From the human T2T-CHM13v2.0 reference genome, Homo sapiens, in the NCBI RefSeq assembly GCF_009914755.1, contig NC_060929.1: a stretch of 64,000 bases of DNA; one strand, written 5' to 3'. The notes beneath the pieces were generated by a model. The model was not told where the DNA came from and did no database searches. It saw nothing but the letters and a program-made list of their open reading frames with translations. How positions within the stretch are numbered: the stretch's first letter is position 1; every line of letters starts with the position of its first letter. The position numbers and the translations under genes are program-made. Positions 39,289-57,400 of the stretch are shown here, one piece after another.

Positions 39289-41196
39289 GCCAGTGCTTAA
39301 AACAGTGCCTGCCATAGAATAGGTACTCAGTCAGTATTAGTTGAATAAATGAATTAACACCCCTTTGGCAAGGAGAATGAAGGTGAAAAGATAACCAAGC
39401 AAGGCAATCAGGAAAGGAGAAGAAGCCCAGTTACTGTGTCAGACTTTACCTTCTCAAATAATAATCATCTATTATTGTGGTTACTGATGAGGGCTCACTA
39501 TGCATCAAGCACAGTGCTAAGTGTGTTATGGTGTTATGTGCACGAGTGATGTCAGTTCTGACTGAGCTGTGACCTTTGGGCTGCTCCTGTCTGGCTTTTG
39601 CCCACTGGTGTTTGAAATGGGCTAATTGTCATGGAGAGCAAAAGACTAATTATGTTCTCATCAAAAATCTCCTTTGAAAAAAGAAAAACAGGACAACTTT
39701 AACTTTCTGCTCAGGTTTTATGAACTCATGATTAAGCTCTCTATGAAAGTTTTCTTTTAAATGAATCAAGGGACATGTCTATAGCCTTGTATTTCTTATG
39801 ATTTAGGCTAGAGGCTATCTAAAAATTTATGTATACAAAATACTTCACAAGCTCTCAACAGAGATGCCACATTGGAAGTACAAGTATTCAATTCAAGTTA
39901 CTCTCTGAATAAAAGCAAACATCTCTACTTAACTTCTTCCCATTGTTCTTAAAGAGGAGCTGAAAGAAAAAGAAGCCAGTCCCTGGTACTTAGCATCAGG
40001 GTTTCTTATGTAATATCCCAGGAGAGGGAATTTATTTGGGGCCTTTAAAAGGCTATGCTCCTCTTCTTTGCTTCTAATAGAAGAGTGTTTGTTTATAGTC
40101 ATTATCCGTACATTTACTGAATTCCTACTATGTGAAGTGCACTGTCCTAAAAAGCTAGCCTTCTTCTAAAAGTTTGCTCCTGCAATTCTGGAGTTACATA
40201 ATAAGATTAAAAATGGTGACTCAATTTGGCATTTGGTTGGAAAAGACAATAGAACACTTTGGATTCAGGAAATAATTCCTCCTACCTCAACTAACTAAAG
40301 CTTTATAGAAACAAAGGAATTTCCATTGCAACTCTAGTGTAGCTATTCTGACATTTAATTATGGGAAGTTAAATTGTGCCTGATTTTAAAATATTAAATC
40401 CATTATTTACTTCTGAATACACAGTGGTCAGAAGTCTTTGTTGTTTAAAAAATTATACAATTATATATGCTAAACTGAATTATAAATTTAACATGTGTTA
40501 GCAAGGCCCCATTTTTGAATAAGATTAGTAAAGAGTATATTTAATTAACACAACTATTATAAAGTGCTCAGCAATGGTGCTTTCAAAAGCATTTTGGATT
40601 ACTTAATGAGATTGGAACAGATTAATATAAATGCCAGAGTACATAAGAGTTCCTTCTATTCAAATATTAATTAAATTTCCCCTGGAAAAAATGTAGTATA
40701 ACTTTTCTTAATCTCTCGCCTTCTTTGTGTCCCCAAATATTTCAAAGACATTTTAAAGTGCATTAGAATACCACTGGAAATGATCTAGCCATGTGAAATG
40801 GTTGTGCATAAAGTGCGTGATTTGAATGCCATCAAGCGGTGGTGATCATTTGTGATCCCTGGAGGGCAGATGCTGTGCTCAGAGGGTCTGCTTGTACAGG
40901 CAAAGCCTCTTTCAGATGTTTGAAAGAAGCTCAGTCTCTATGAAATATATTTCATAAGACTTTCTTTGGACAAATACCATTTCCCTCTCAGATCTAAAGC
41001 CTCTTCATCTTGTTGAGCTTTGATGACTTAGTGTGAGGTTTGTTTAAGGACTTATTCTAACTCCAAAGTCTAGTAGAAACAGACTTTCTTCTACTAATAA
41101 CTCACTCTGATCTGCTCCCAATAGTGTGTTTGCTTCACAGTTCAAATCCTTGCTTTTTCATGGCATCTCACCTGGCGGCTCTGGTTTTACTTATTA

Positions 41197-41221
41197 TAGG
41201 TTAGTGCAAAAGTAGTTGTGT
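41197..41221. mobile_element. MADE1 (Hsmar1 MITE) left arm, split by L1
   Basis: taggttagtgcaaaagtagttg versus the MADE1 TIR ttaggttggtgcaaaagtaattgc. Confidence 0.8.
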
Positions 41222-41440
41222 GTTTTTTTTTTATTATTATACTTTAAGTTTTAGGGTACATGTGCACATTGTGCAGGTTAGTTACATATGTATACATATG
41301 CCATGCTGGTGTGCTGCACCCACTAATTAGTCATCTAGCATTAGGTATATCTCCCGATGCTATCCCTCCCCCCTCCCCCCACCCCACAACAGTCCCCAGA
41401 GTGTGATATTCCCCTTCCTGTGTCCATGTGACCTCATTGT

Positions 41441-45268
<3,828 letters not shown>

Positions 45269-45324
45269 TTAGCTGGTTATTTTGCTCATTAGTTGATGCA
45301 GTTTCTTCCTAGCCTTGATGGTCT

Positions 45325-46340
45325 TTAAATTTTGGCATGATTTTGCAGCAGCTGGTACCAGTTGTTCCTTTCCATGTTTAGTGCTTCCTTCAGGAGCTCT
45401 TTTAGGGCAGGCCTGGTGGTGACAAAATCTCTCAGCATTTGCTTGTCTGTAAAGGATTTTATTTCTCCTTCACTTACGAAGCTTAGTTTGGCTGGATATG
45501 AAATTCTGGGTTGCAAGTTCTTTTCTTTAAGAATGTTGAATATTGGCCCCCACTCTCTTCTGGCTTGTAGAGTTTCTGCCGAGAGATCCGCTGTTAGTCT
45601 GATGGGCTTCCCTTTGAGGGTAACCCGACCTTTCTCTCTGGTTGCCCTTAACATTTTTTCCTTCATTTCAACTTTGGTGAATCTGACAATTATGTGTCTT
45701 GGAGTTGCTCTTCTCGAGGAGTATCTTTGTGGCATTCTCTGTATTTCCCAAATCTGAACATTGGCCTACCTTGCTAGATTGGGGAAGTTCTCCTGGATAA
45801 TATCCTGCAGAGTGTTTTCCAACTTGGTTCCATTCTCCCCAGTACTTTCAGGTACACCAATCAGACATAGATTTGGTCTTTTCACAGACTCCCATATTTC
45901 TTGGAGGCTTTGCTCATTTCTTTTTATTCTTTTTTCTCTAAACTTCTCTTCTCACTTCATTTCATTCATTTCATCTTCCATCGCTGATACCTTTTCTTCC
46001 AGTTGATCTCATTGGCTCCTGAGGCTTCTGCATTCTTCACGTAGTTCTCGAGCCTTGATTTTCAGCTCCATCAGCTCCTTTAAGCACTTCTCTGTATTGG
46101 TTATTCTAGTTATACATTCTTCTAAATTTTTTTCAAAGTTTTCAACTTCTTTGCCTTTGGTTTGAATGTCCTCCCTAGCTCAGAGTAATTTGATCGTCTG
46201 AAGCCTTCTTCTCTCAGCTCGTCAAAGTCATTCTCCATCCAGCTTTGTTCTGTTGCTGGTGAGGAACTGTGTTCCTTTGGAGGAGGAGAGGCACTCTGCT
46301 TTTTAGAGTTTCCAGTTTTTCTATTCTGTTTTTTCCCCAT
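45325..46340 (-). pseudogene. L1 ORF1p, frameshifted
   Basis: The MGKKQNRKTGNSK start frame ends at 46122 after a frameshift near 46175. The C-terminal PRHIIVRFTKVEMKEK...YPAKLS lies in ORF 45325-45735. Confidence 0.92.
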
Positions 46341-47244
46341 CTTTGTGGTTTTATCTACTTTTGGTCTTTGATGATGGTGATGTACAGATGGGTTTTTGGT
46401 GTGGATGTCCTTTCTGTTTGTTAGTTTTCCTTCTAACAGAGAGGACCCTCAGCTGCAGGTCTGTTGGAGTACCCTGCCGTGTGAGGTGTCAGTGTGCCTC
46501 TGCTGGGGGGTGCCTCACAGTTAGGCTGCTCAGGGGTCAGGGGTCAGGGACCCACTTGAGGAGGCAGTCTGTCCGTTCTCAGATCTCCAGCTCTGTGCTG
46601 GGAGAACCACTGCTCTCTTCAAAGCTGTCAGACAGGGACATCTAAGTCTGCAGAGGTTACTGCTGTCTTTTTGTTTGTCTGTGCCCTGCCCCCAGAGGTG
46701 GAGCCTACAGAGGCAGGCAGGCCTCCTTGAGCTGTGGTGGGCTCCACCCAGTTCGAGCTTCCCAGTTGCTTTGTTTACCTAATCAAGCCTGGGCAATGGC
46801 GGGCGTCCCTCCCCCAGCCTCGCTGCCGCCTTGCAGTTTGATCTCAGACTGCTGTGCTAGCAATCAGCGAGACTCTGTGGGGTAGGACCCTCCGAGCCAG
46901 GTGCGGGATATAATCTTGTGGTGTGCCGTTTTTTAAGCCTGTCAGAAAAGCGCAGTATTCGGGTGGGAGTGACCCGATTTTCCAGGTGCCATCCGTCACC
47001 CCTTTCTTTGACTCAGAAAGGGAACTCCCTGACCCCTTGCGCTTCCCAAGTGAGGCAATGCCTCGCCCTGCTTCGGCTCGTGCACGGTGCGCGCACCCAC
47101 TGACCTGAGCCCACTGTCTGGCACTCCCTAGTGAGATGAACCCGGTACCTCAGATGGAAATGCAGAAATCACCCGTCTTCTGCGTTGCTCACACTGGGAG
47201 CTGTAGACCGGAGCTGTTCCTATTCGGCCATCTTGGCTCCTCCC

Positions 47245-47367
47245 AGTAGTTGCGTTTTTTGACATAACTTTTAATTAATGGCATACATTAGTTACAGGTT
47301 GGTGCAAAAGTAATTGCGTTTTTTGCCATTACTTTTAATGTATGTCATTAATTAAAAGTCATGGCAA
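47245..47367. mobile_element. Rearranged MADE1 sequence (rest of the split copy, a second half copy and an inverted duplication)
   Basis: aggttggtgcaaaagtaattgcgttttttgccattacttttaatg at 47296-47340 matches a MADE1 half. Confidence 0.85.
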
Positions 47368-47369
47368 TA

Positions 47370-47615
47370 ACTAAACATTTATTTATATGGCACATACTGT
47401 GGCCAGGTGCTGTGCTATAAGCCTTTGTCAAATATCAACAAATATTAGCTAATTTTATCTGCATAGCAACCCCATGGGGAAGTTGCTCTTGTTATCAATC
47501 CCATTTTATAGATGAGGAGACTGACAGCTGGGGAAATCAAGTAACTTGAAATACTGCGATTCAAATCCAGGCAGCTTGATTCTAGAATTTCTGATCTAAA
47601 CCTCCACAGCATATA
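47370..47615 (-). mobile_element. MIR
   Basis: cccattttatagatgaggagactga...gattcaaatccaggcag. Confidence 0.75.
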
Positions 47616-47825
47616 CTGACATTGTCATATAGGACTATGTAACAGGACATGTTCTAGTTAACTTTACCCCATTTACACAGATACCATGTATACACCAACC
47701 CCAAACACTTAAGACACATAAATTCATTGGGCACTAAACAAATACTATATTTTAAGATAATGATTAAAATACTATATTTTAATACTAATGGAACATTAAA
47801 AATCTGGAGTATATACACACATATA

Positions 47826-48111
47826 TTTTTGAGACAGAGTCTTGCTCTGTCGCCCAGGCTGGAGTGCAGAGGCATGGTCTCGGCTCACTGCAACCTCTGC
47901 CTCCCAGGCTCCAGGATCCTCCCGCCTCAACCCCCTGAGTAGCTGGGACTACAGGCACTCACCACCATGCCTGGCTAATTTTTGTATTTTTTGTAGGGAG
48001 GCAGTTTTGCCATGTTGCCTAGGCTGGTCTCAAACTCCTGGACTTAAGCAATTCTCCTTCTTCGGCCTCCCAGAGTGCTAGGATTACAGGCATGAGCCGC
48101 TGCACCCAGCC
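47826..48111 (-). mobile_element. AluJ
   Basis: Dimeric Alu with the J-type ctcaaactcctggacttaagcaatt. Confidence 0.92.
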
Positions 48112-48372
48112 TAGAGTGTAATTTGATTCCTTTCCCACTTACCCTTAATCTTCATTTTATTATGTCCCGCGTAATGTCATCCACGGTTTTGAATTAAAGT
48201 TTGTTACTCACATTTAGTGTAAATTCTTATGGAAGTTGAGAGATTTTCTAAGTGCTCTACTCTCTTCTTTCGGGTTAACTAGGCATTAGGATGCCTCTGG
48301 TCCTTTTCTCTGGATTTTACGTGCTTCTATTTCCTAATTTTTTCTTCTTAGCTACTGGAGGAACTACTTAAA

Positions 48373-48838
48373 GTAATGGTTCTCAGATTTTTGGTTTCAG
48401 GACCTCTTTATAACCTCATTTTTATAAAGAGCTTTTGTTTATGTAGACTGCTATCTATCAACATTTACCACATTAGAAACTTTAAGACTATTTATTAATT
48501 CATTTAAAAATAATAAATCCATGACATACTAACATAAAACATCTTTAAGGAAAATACATTTTCCAAAGCCAAAAATATTTTGTGAGAAAAGTGGCATTGT
48601 TTTATATATTTGTTAATGTCTTTAACCTTTGGCTTAATAGAAGACACCTAGTCTCATATATGTTTCTGTATTCTATCTGTTGTGATATTACATGTCATGT
48701 AGATTCTGGGAAACTCCACTGTACACTCATGGCAGAATGAGAGTGATAAAGGAAAATACTGTCTTAGTATTATTAGGAATATAGTTTCAATTATACAGAC
48801 TTCCTGAAGGGTGTTTGACAACCCTTTAAGAAACACTG
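48373..48838. mobile_element. Charlie4a-like hAT transposon
   Basis: ggttctcagatttttggtttcaggacc...aaagagcttttgtttatgt...aaacactg. Confidence 0.7.
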
Positions 48839-50473
48839 TTTTAAAGAGAGTAGACAGGAGAAAAGGGAGAAAAAGAGGTTCCTCTAGTGTCGTGTTCCCA
48901 GTTATCATTCCTCATTTGTACAACGTGATGAAAGAGAAAAATAAAGAGAAAGCTAAAGAATGACTTCTATATTTTGAGCAAAAATGTTCCAGGATCATTT
49001 TCTCTAATTATGAAAAGGAAAATGAATTTTCTCTTTTGTTCTACATATAAGAGAAATTAGAGAGCCTGCTGTATTTGTCTTTTACACCAGTATCTTCTTG
49101 AGTAAGTGAACATGATATTGATTTGACAAGTAGGTTGTTAGCCAATTTGCCTTAGGAACACTTAGCAGTATACTGCGGCTTCTATAAAATTCCTTAGAAG
49201 AAGATTATAACATTTCCTGAAAATGAGTATTGTGAAGAGAGGAAAGATATTTTTGTTTTTAATGCTGGGAATTTAGTCATGAATGAATTCTGATACTAAA
49301 AGGAAATAGTATTAGCAAGAGAATCAACTTCACTATAAGTTTTTCAGTACTACTACTAGTAGTAATAATAATAATATTATTAATAAATTTATGTGCTGTG
49401 TAATTGTAACTCATCATGTTTCATCATTTCCAGGATTTAAAACAAAAAATAATGGTCCATATCATAGCAGAAGTCTACAAGTTGAGTTTTATATCAGCCA
49501 AATTGTTGCCTCAGCCAAGTCTTGAAAAGTAGAATCCTAGATAGATAGATCTGGGTATGGCTTTCCATCCAAAAGCTTTATTTTATATATTAAGTAATGA
49601 AGATTTGGCAGAATGAAGTGATTCGCTGCAAGTGACATAGCATCTAGCCTTAGAGAAAAAAAAAACAAACTACAAGACAGATCTTTAGACCTTAAGTAGA
49701 GAAAATGTATTTTCAGTACCTCTCTACACTTAAATAATTACAATAATAGCAAACAGTTAAGAGACCTTACTATATACTATATGCTCTTCTAATTTGATCA
49801 GCTTTGTTTCTTAAAATAATTAATTTCAATTTTAATATATCTTTTTTTACTTTACTGTTTATTTTTAATTTCTTGAGTTAGAACTTACCTCATTAATTTT
49901 CAAATTTTTATTTTCTAATACAGGCATTTAAGGCTATAATTTTTCTGATACTGTTTTAGTTGCAGTATTTTAATGTAATATTTTAATTGTTGCTCAGTTC
50001 CAAATATTTTATGATTTCTTTTGTGATTTTGTCTCTAGTGAATTGATTATATAGGGGGGTGTGTGTGTGTGTGTGTGCGCGTGCACCCATGCACCCATGC
50101 ACCTCTGGTTAATTCCAAGGGCATGTTTTGTAGGAGAAAGGGATTTGTTTGTTTTGTTTATGTGTGTGTGTGTTTTTTCATCATCCAAAACCGATAGTTT
50201 ACATTTGAATTTACTGTTCACTCTTGGTGTACTAGTACATCCTCTGAGTTTTGAAAAATGTATAACGACATGTATTCATTATTATAGTATCATACAGAGT
50301 AGTTTCACTACCCAGAAAATCCTCTGTGCTATGACTATTTATCCCTTCCTCCCCACTAACCCATGGGGCAACCACTGAGTTTTTTTAGTCTTCATAGTTT
50401 TGCCTTTTCCAAAGTGTTATGACATTGGAATCACACGGTATACGGCTTTGCCAGATAGTCTTCTTTCTCTTCT

Positions 50474-50964
<491 letters not shown>

Positions 50965-52759
50965 TAAATCATTTATAAACATGTGTACAGGTTTTTCTGT
51001 GGACATAAGTTATCACTTCATTTGGGTAAATGTCAAGGAGCACAATTGCTGGATCATATGGTACGTGTACATGTAGTTTTGTAAGAAACTGACAAACTAT
51101 CTTCCAAAGTGGCTTTCCCATTTATCATTCCTATCAGCAATAAATGATTGTTCCTGTTGCTCTACATCCTCACCAGCTTTTGGTGTTGTCAATGTTTCAT
51201 ATTGTGGTCATTCTAAGAGGTTCTATGATATCTAGTTGTTTTAATTAGCAATTCCCTAATGACATATATGTTCTGGATTTTTATGTGTTTATATACCTAT
51301 ATATCTTCTTTGGTGAGGTATTTGGTCAGGTCTTTTGCCTACTTTTTAAGTTAAGTTGTTCATTTTCTTATTGTTGAGTTTTGAGTTCTTTGTATATTTT
51401 GTCTTTTACCAGATAAGTCTTTTGTAAATATTTTCTCCAAATCTATGATTTGTCTTCTCATTCTCTTGAAATAGTCTTTCACAGAGGAGTTTTTAATTTA
51501 AATGAAGTCCAGTGTATTTAATTTAAATGAAGTCCAGTGTTGTTTATTTTACGGGTCATACCTTTGGTGTTGTATCTAAAAATTCATTGCCATATCTAAG
51601 GTCACCTAGATTTTCTCCCATGTTATCTTCTAGATGTTTTATAGTTTCCCATTTTACATTTAGGTCTATGATCCATTTTGAGTTAATTTTTGTGAAGGGT
51701 GTTAAGTTCTGTGTCTAGATTCATTTTTTCTTCATGTGGATGTTTACTTGTCTCATCTTCATTTGTTGAAAAAACTAACTCTTTGCTCCATTGTATTTTA
51801 TTGTCTCCTTTGTCAAATATCAGTTAGCAATGTTTACATGAGTCTATTTCTGGGCTCTCTATTCTGTTCCATTGGTCTATTTGTCTATTCTTTTGCCAGT
51901 ACTACTCTATCTTGACTACTGTAGCTTTACAGTAAATCTTGCAGTTGAATAGTGCAGTCCTCCAACTTTTTGTTCAATATTGAGTTGACTATTCTGGGTC
52001 TTTTGACTCTCCATATAGACTTTAGAATCAAGTTGTCAACATTCACAAAATAACTTGGGATTGCATTGAATCTATACCAAGTTGGGAAGAATGAACATCT
52101 CAACAACATTGCCTTCCTATCCATAACATTCAATGTCTCTCCATTTATTTAGTTCTTCTTTATTATCTTTCATCAGAGTTTTGTAGTTTTCCTCACATAG
52201 ATCTTACACTTGTTTGGTTAGCTTTATATCTTAGTATTTCATTTTTGGGGGTGCTAATGTAATTGGTGTTACATTTTAAATTTCAAATTTTACTTGTTTT
52301 CTACTGATATACAGGGAAGCAACTGACTTTTGTATCTTAACCTTGAATTTTACAATCTTGCTATAATCACTTATTAATTCCAGGGGTTTGTTGTTTTGAT
52401 TCCTTCAGATTTCTACTGTTTGAACAAAGATAGCTTTATTTTTTCTTTCTCAATCTGCACATCCTTAATTTTGTGCTCTTGTCTTACTGTATAAGCTAGG
52501 ACTTCCAAGGATGATGTTGAAAAAGAGTAGTAGGAGACATCCTTACTTTATTCCCAATACATGAAGAAAAGCTTTGAGTTTCTTGCCATTAAGTATGATG
52601 GTAGCTGCAGGTTCTTTGTGGATATTATTTTTCAAGTTGAGAAAGTTTCTCTCTATTCCTATTTTTCTATCATGAATGGACATTAGATTTTGTCAAATGC
52701 TTTTTTCTGTGTCTGTTGAGATAATCATATGATTTACCTTCTTTAGCCTGCTAACGTGA

Positions 52760-53090
<331 letters not shown>

Positions 53091-54069
53091 AACATTAAGT
53101 GATTTTTGAGTGTTGAACCAGCCTTGCAGTTTGGGATGAATTTCACTTGTTTGTAAGTTATAATTATTTTTATACATTTTATACATTCCTGGGTACAATT
53201 TGCTAATATTTGTTGAGGATTTTGTATCTATGTTCATGAAAGATATTGCTTTGTAGTTTTATTTTTATTTTTATTTTTTATTTTTTTAACCCTTTACTTG
53301 ATTCTGAATGTTATCCCATCGTTAGAAAACAGGATTTTTTTATTTAGAGCTGTTGCTGGTCTTGATAGTACCTTTTAATTAACTTTAATTAAATTTAAAT
53401 ATTTCTTTAAAGAAACTTTCAGAGGGACAAACACCTTTTCATCCCTGGGCTCAAGAGCAAAATGTATCCCTTTCTTCATAATCCCATGACAAGCAAACAT
53501 CTTGGCTGATAGGGAGTGGGCTCAACTTCATCAACCTTTCTCCTCCTCAGCTAATTGCCCCTGTGCAATCGACTATTTGGGGTGGCCCTGTCTTTTGTGT
53601 ATCCTCAGACTTGCTTTGTGGTCAACAATGTGGAAAATTTTTGTAAATATTTTGTGTGCATGTAAAAACAATGTGCATTATACTAAAGCATAAAATAGAT
53701 TCTGTTATTTCTAGACCTATAAAGTAAAAATACTTTTTTGTCTATATATAAAAAATTATATATTCTTTATACATAAAGAATATATGATTAGCCCAAAGGA
53801 AAATAAGAATGAAGAAAAAGGAAGTAAAAAAACCTCAAAGGATTATAAAAATAATTCCCAAAACATCAGAAAAATTGTAATAAAATGAAAATTTGTGTTT
53901 CAATATTAATATCAGAAAAATAGATTTATAAACAAGAAGCATTATTGGAAATAAAAAAGGTCATGACTTGAAAAATAAAACAATTTACTAGAAATATGTA
54001 ACAATTTTTCACCTGTGCGTGCCTAATGACATAGCTTTGTCTATCTCAGTTTTTAACCTTCATCACCCC

Positions 54070-55547
54070 TCTATTAGTCTGTTTTCACGGTTTTGATAAA
54101 GACATACCCAAGACTGGTTAATTTATAGAGGAAAGAGGTTTAATGGAGAACTCACAGTTCCATGTGGCTGGGGAAGCCTCACAATCACAGTGGAAGGCAA
54201 GGAGAAGCAAGTCATATCTTACATGGACGGTGGCAGGCAAAAAGAGCCTGTGCAGGGCAACTCCCATTTTTAAAACCATCAGATCTCCTGAGACCCACTC
54301 ACTATTATGAGAACAGCATGGGAAAGGCCCATCCCCATAATTCAATCACCTCCCACCAGGTCCCTCCCACAGCATGTGGGAATTATGTGAGCTACAGTAT
54401 GAGATTTGGGTGGTGCCCAAATCTGCCCCTGGCCCCTCCCAAATCTCATATCTTTTCATTTCAAAACCAACCATCCCTTCCCAACAGTCCTCCAAAGTCT
54501 CAGCTCATTTCAGCATTAACTCATAAGCCCACAATCTGAAGCCTCATCCAAGATAAGGCAAGTTCCTTCCATCTATGAGCCTGTAAAATCAAAAGCAAGT
54601 TAGTTACTTCCTAGATACAATGGGGGTACAGGCATTTGGTAAATACAGCTGTTCCAAATGGAAGAAATTGACCAAAACAAAGGGACTACAGGCCCCATGC
54701 AAGATCTCCCCTGACTTCATGTCCCTGCAAATTTTCTAAACTTCTATGCTCTGCTTCCCTTATAAAACTGAGTGTGTTTAATAGCACCAAAGTCAGCTCT
54801 TGAATGCTCTGCTGCTTAGAAATTTCTTCCACCAGATACCCTAAATAATCTCTCTCAAGTTCAGAGTTCCACACTTATCTAGGGCAGGGGAAAATGCCAC
54901 CAGTCTCTTTGCTAAAATGTAACAAGAGTCACCATTACTCCAGTTCTCAACAAGTTCCTCATTTCCATCTGAGACCACCTCAGCTTGGACTTTATTGTCC
55001 ATATCACTATCGGCATTTTGGACAAAGCCATTCAACAAGTCTCTAGGGAGTTCCATACTTTCCCACATTTTCCTGACTTCTTCTAAGCCCTTCAAACTAT
55101 TCCAACCTCTGCCTGTTACCCAGTTCCAAAGTTGCTTCCACATTCTCAGGTATTTTTTCAGCAGTGCCCCACTCTACTGGTACCAATTTACTGTATTAGT
55201 TCGTTTCACACTGCTGATAAAGATATACCCAAGACTGGGAAGAAAAAGAGGTTTAATTGGACTTACACTTCCACATGGTTGGGGAGGCCTCAGAATCATG
55301 GCAGAAGGCAAGGAAGACAAGTTACATCTTACATGGATGGCAGGAGGCAAAAAGAGCTTCTGTAGGGGTGACTCCCATTTTTAAAACCATCAGATCTCAT
55401 GAGACCCATTCACTATCATGAGAACAGCATGGAAAAGACCTGCCCCCATAACTGAATCATCTCCCACAAAGTCCCTCCCACAACATGTGGGAATTATGGG
55501 AGCTACAAGATGAGATTTGGGTGGGGACGTGGAGCCAAACCATATCA
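54070..55547 (-). mobile_element. THE1A-like provirus with internal deletion
   Basis: LTRs at about 54070-54415 and 55192-55547, an internal region of only ~0.77 kb, and TSD ACCCC/ACCTC. Confidence 0.9.
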
Positions 55548-55879
55548 ACCTCTAACCTAGAATATTACCATGTTTACTTGTTTTCCTTCCTCTAATTACT
55601 CCTTTCCTCATCCCTGCAATAGTTGTTTTACACACAGTGATCTGAAAATGAAACTCTTGTCAGTTAGTTACCACAGACACTCCATGGGCTCCCCATTGCA
55701 AAGAGTATAGGCACTTTAACATGGTATTCTTGTTATAGACCTTATCTTAATAGCCTCAGCTAAAAGTATTATTACTTTGTGGAAACATAATTAGTGGATT
55801 TTACACAGATTACACACATGTATACCTTTGTCCTACTGCATCTACTTTAGAAATAATATCTGGTGTCTTCTGATTGCTT

Positions 55880-56100
55880 ACGGTGTTCTATATAAATGCC
55901 TATCTAAGCTACTTGATCTATATTATTTCATTCTTACAACAAACTTATAAGTATTATTATCTCCATTTTATAGCTGAGGAAACGAAAGATTAGGGAGCTC
56001 AAGGGTCTTGACCAAAGTTATACATCTTGTGAAAGGTAGTCAGAATTTAAAACCAAACAATCTGGCATCTAAAAATACATACTTAACTACTGTACCTATA
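55880..56100 (-). mobile_element. MIR
   Basis: attattatctccattttatagctgaggaaacgaa. Confidence 0.7.
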
Positions 56101-56192
56101 CTGTCTTTAGGCAGCTAGCATTCCACCAGTATAGTTTATTATATTTTGACCATGAATCATACTAACTCCTTACCCATAATGCAGTGAAAGTA

Positions 56193-56500
56193 GAGTCAGG
56201 CACCACATAACAATGGTTTGATTAATCATGGACCACATTTATGACAATGGTTTCATAAGATTATAATGCTATAATTTTTACTGTATCTTTTCTATGTTTA
56301 GATACATGAACGCTTACCAATGCATTACAGTTGCCTGTAGTATTTAGTACAGTAACATTCTGTACAGGTTTGTAGCCTGGGAGAAATAGGTTGTACCATC
56401 TACGTTTATGTAGTACATTCTATGATGGTCATATAAGGACAAAATCACCTAACAACGCATTTCTCAGAATGTATCCCCATCGTTAAGTGACACATGACTG
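56193..56500 (+). mobile_element. Tigger3a (MER7A)-like TcMar transposon
   Basis: TA flanks and the end cgcatttctcagaatgtatccccatcgttaagtgacacatgactg. Confidence 0.82.
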
Positions 56501-56589
56501 TATAGTGAATTCTCTTTAAGAAACAGTGCTTGTTTAATAGTTTCTTAATGTTTCTGGATAAGTTAAGTTCCCCTTAGTAAAGGGAATCA

Positions 56590-57400
56590 AAACACATATT
56601 TATAGAGTGCCTATTTTGCTACATTTTGAGGAAACAAAAACAATCATGCATGTTCCATGCTTCTGTGGAATTGCCTCTGTAACCTCTCTGTAGTATGGAC
56701 ATTTAAAGATGCTAGTGAAATAAATTGCTATTGGTGTCATAATAGAAGTATTTGCACAGTTCTAGAGTGAGGTTAATTTTATAGACTTCATAGAGAAATA
56801 GAATATTGAACCGTGTTTTGCAAAATATGTTGGAATAAAGGGAAAAGGGGTATTCTAGACAAAAGTCACAGCATGGATAGTGGAATGGAGGAATGAAGTA
56901 TGTTGAATTGAGAAACATCCAGAGGGACGATTATGGTAGGAATGGAGAGAGGAGGAAATGGAAAATGTGTTGATACTGAGGTGGGAGAAGTAGACACAGA
57001 GAAGATTTTGCAATGTCTTGTACTAAAAGACTTGTATTTTATCTTCTAGGCAACCAGTAGTCATTTCAAAGCTTTGATCCAGGATGCAGCATAGTGAGTT
57101 TTACATTTTAGGATGATTCCTCTCATTATAGTATAAATAGTAGATTCAAGATGGGCATATTGGAGTAATAAAAGGACAATTTCAAGACTCTCATAACAGT
57201 TCATGTGAGAAGGACTGAATACCTTAACTAAGAATCAGTGGAGATCAATGAATACAAAAGATGAGAGGGAGCTGGTCTTAAGGATCTGTTAACAGATCTT
57301 GACCATAGCTCAAACAAGAAGGATAAAGGAATGAAGGTGTCTTGGATAGCTAAGAGGTTTCTGAGTTAGAATACCAATGCCAAAATCTTCTATGACATCC
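56590..57400 (-). mobile_element. Degraded L2
   Basis: Purine-rich antisense L2 motifs (atttatagagtgcctatt; gacttgtattttatc). Confidence 0.5.

Noticed and set aside
53246-53622. Poly(T) plus ~320 bp of unique sequence flanked by TTGCTTTGTRGT as a retrocopy
   Set aside because: Both flanking matches are explainable as L1-derived sequence, and no well-placed poly(A) signal is present. Support is too weak without a database search.
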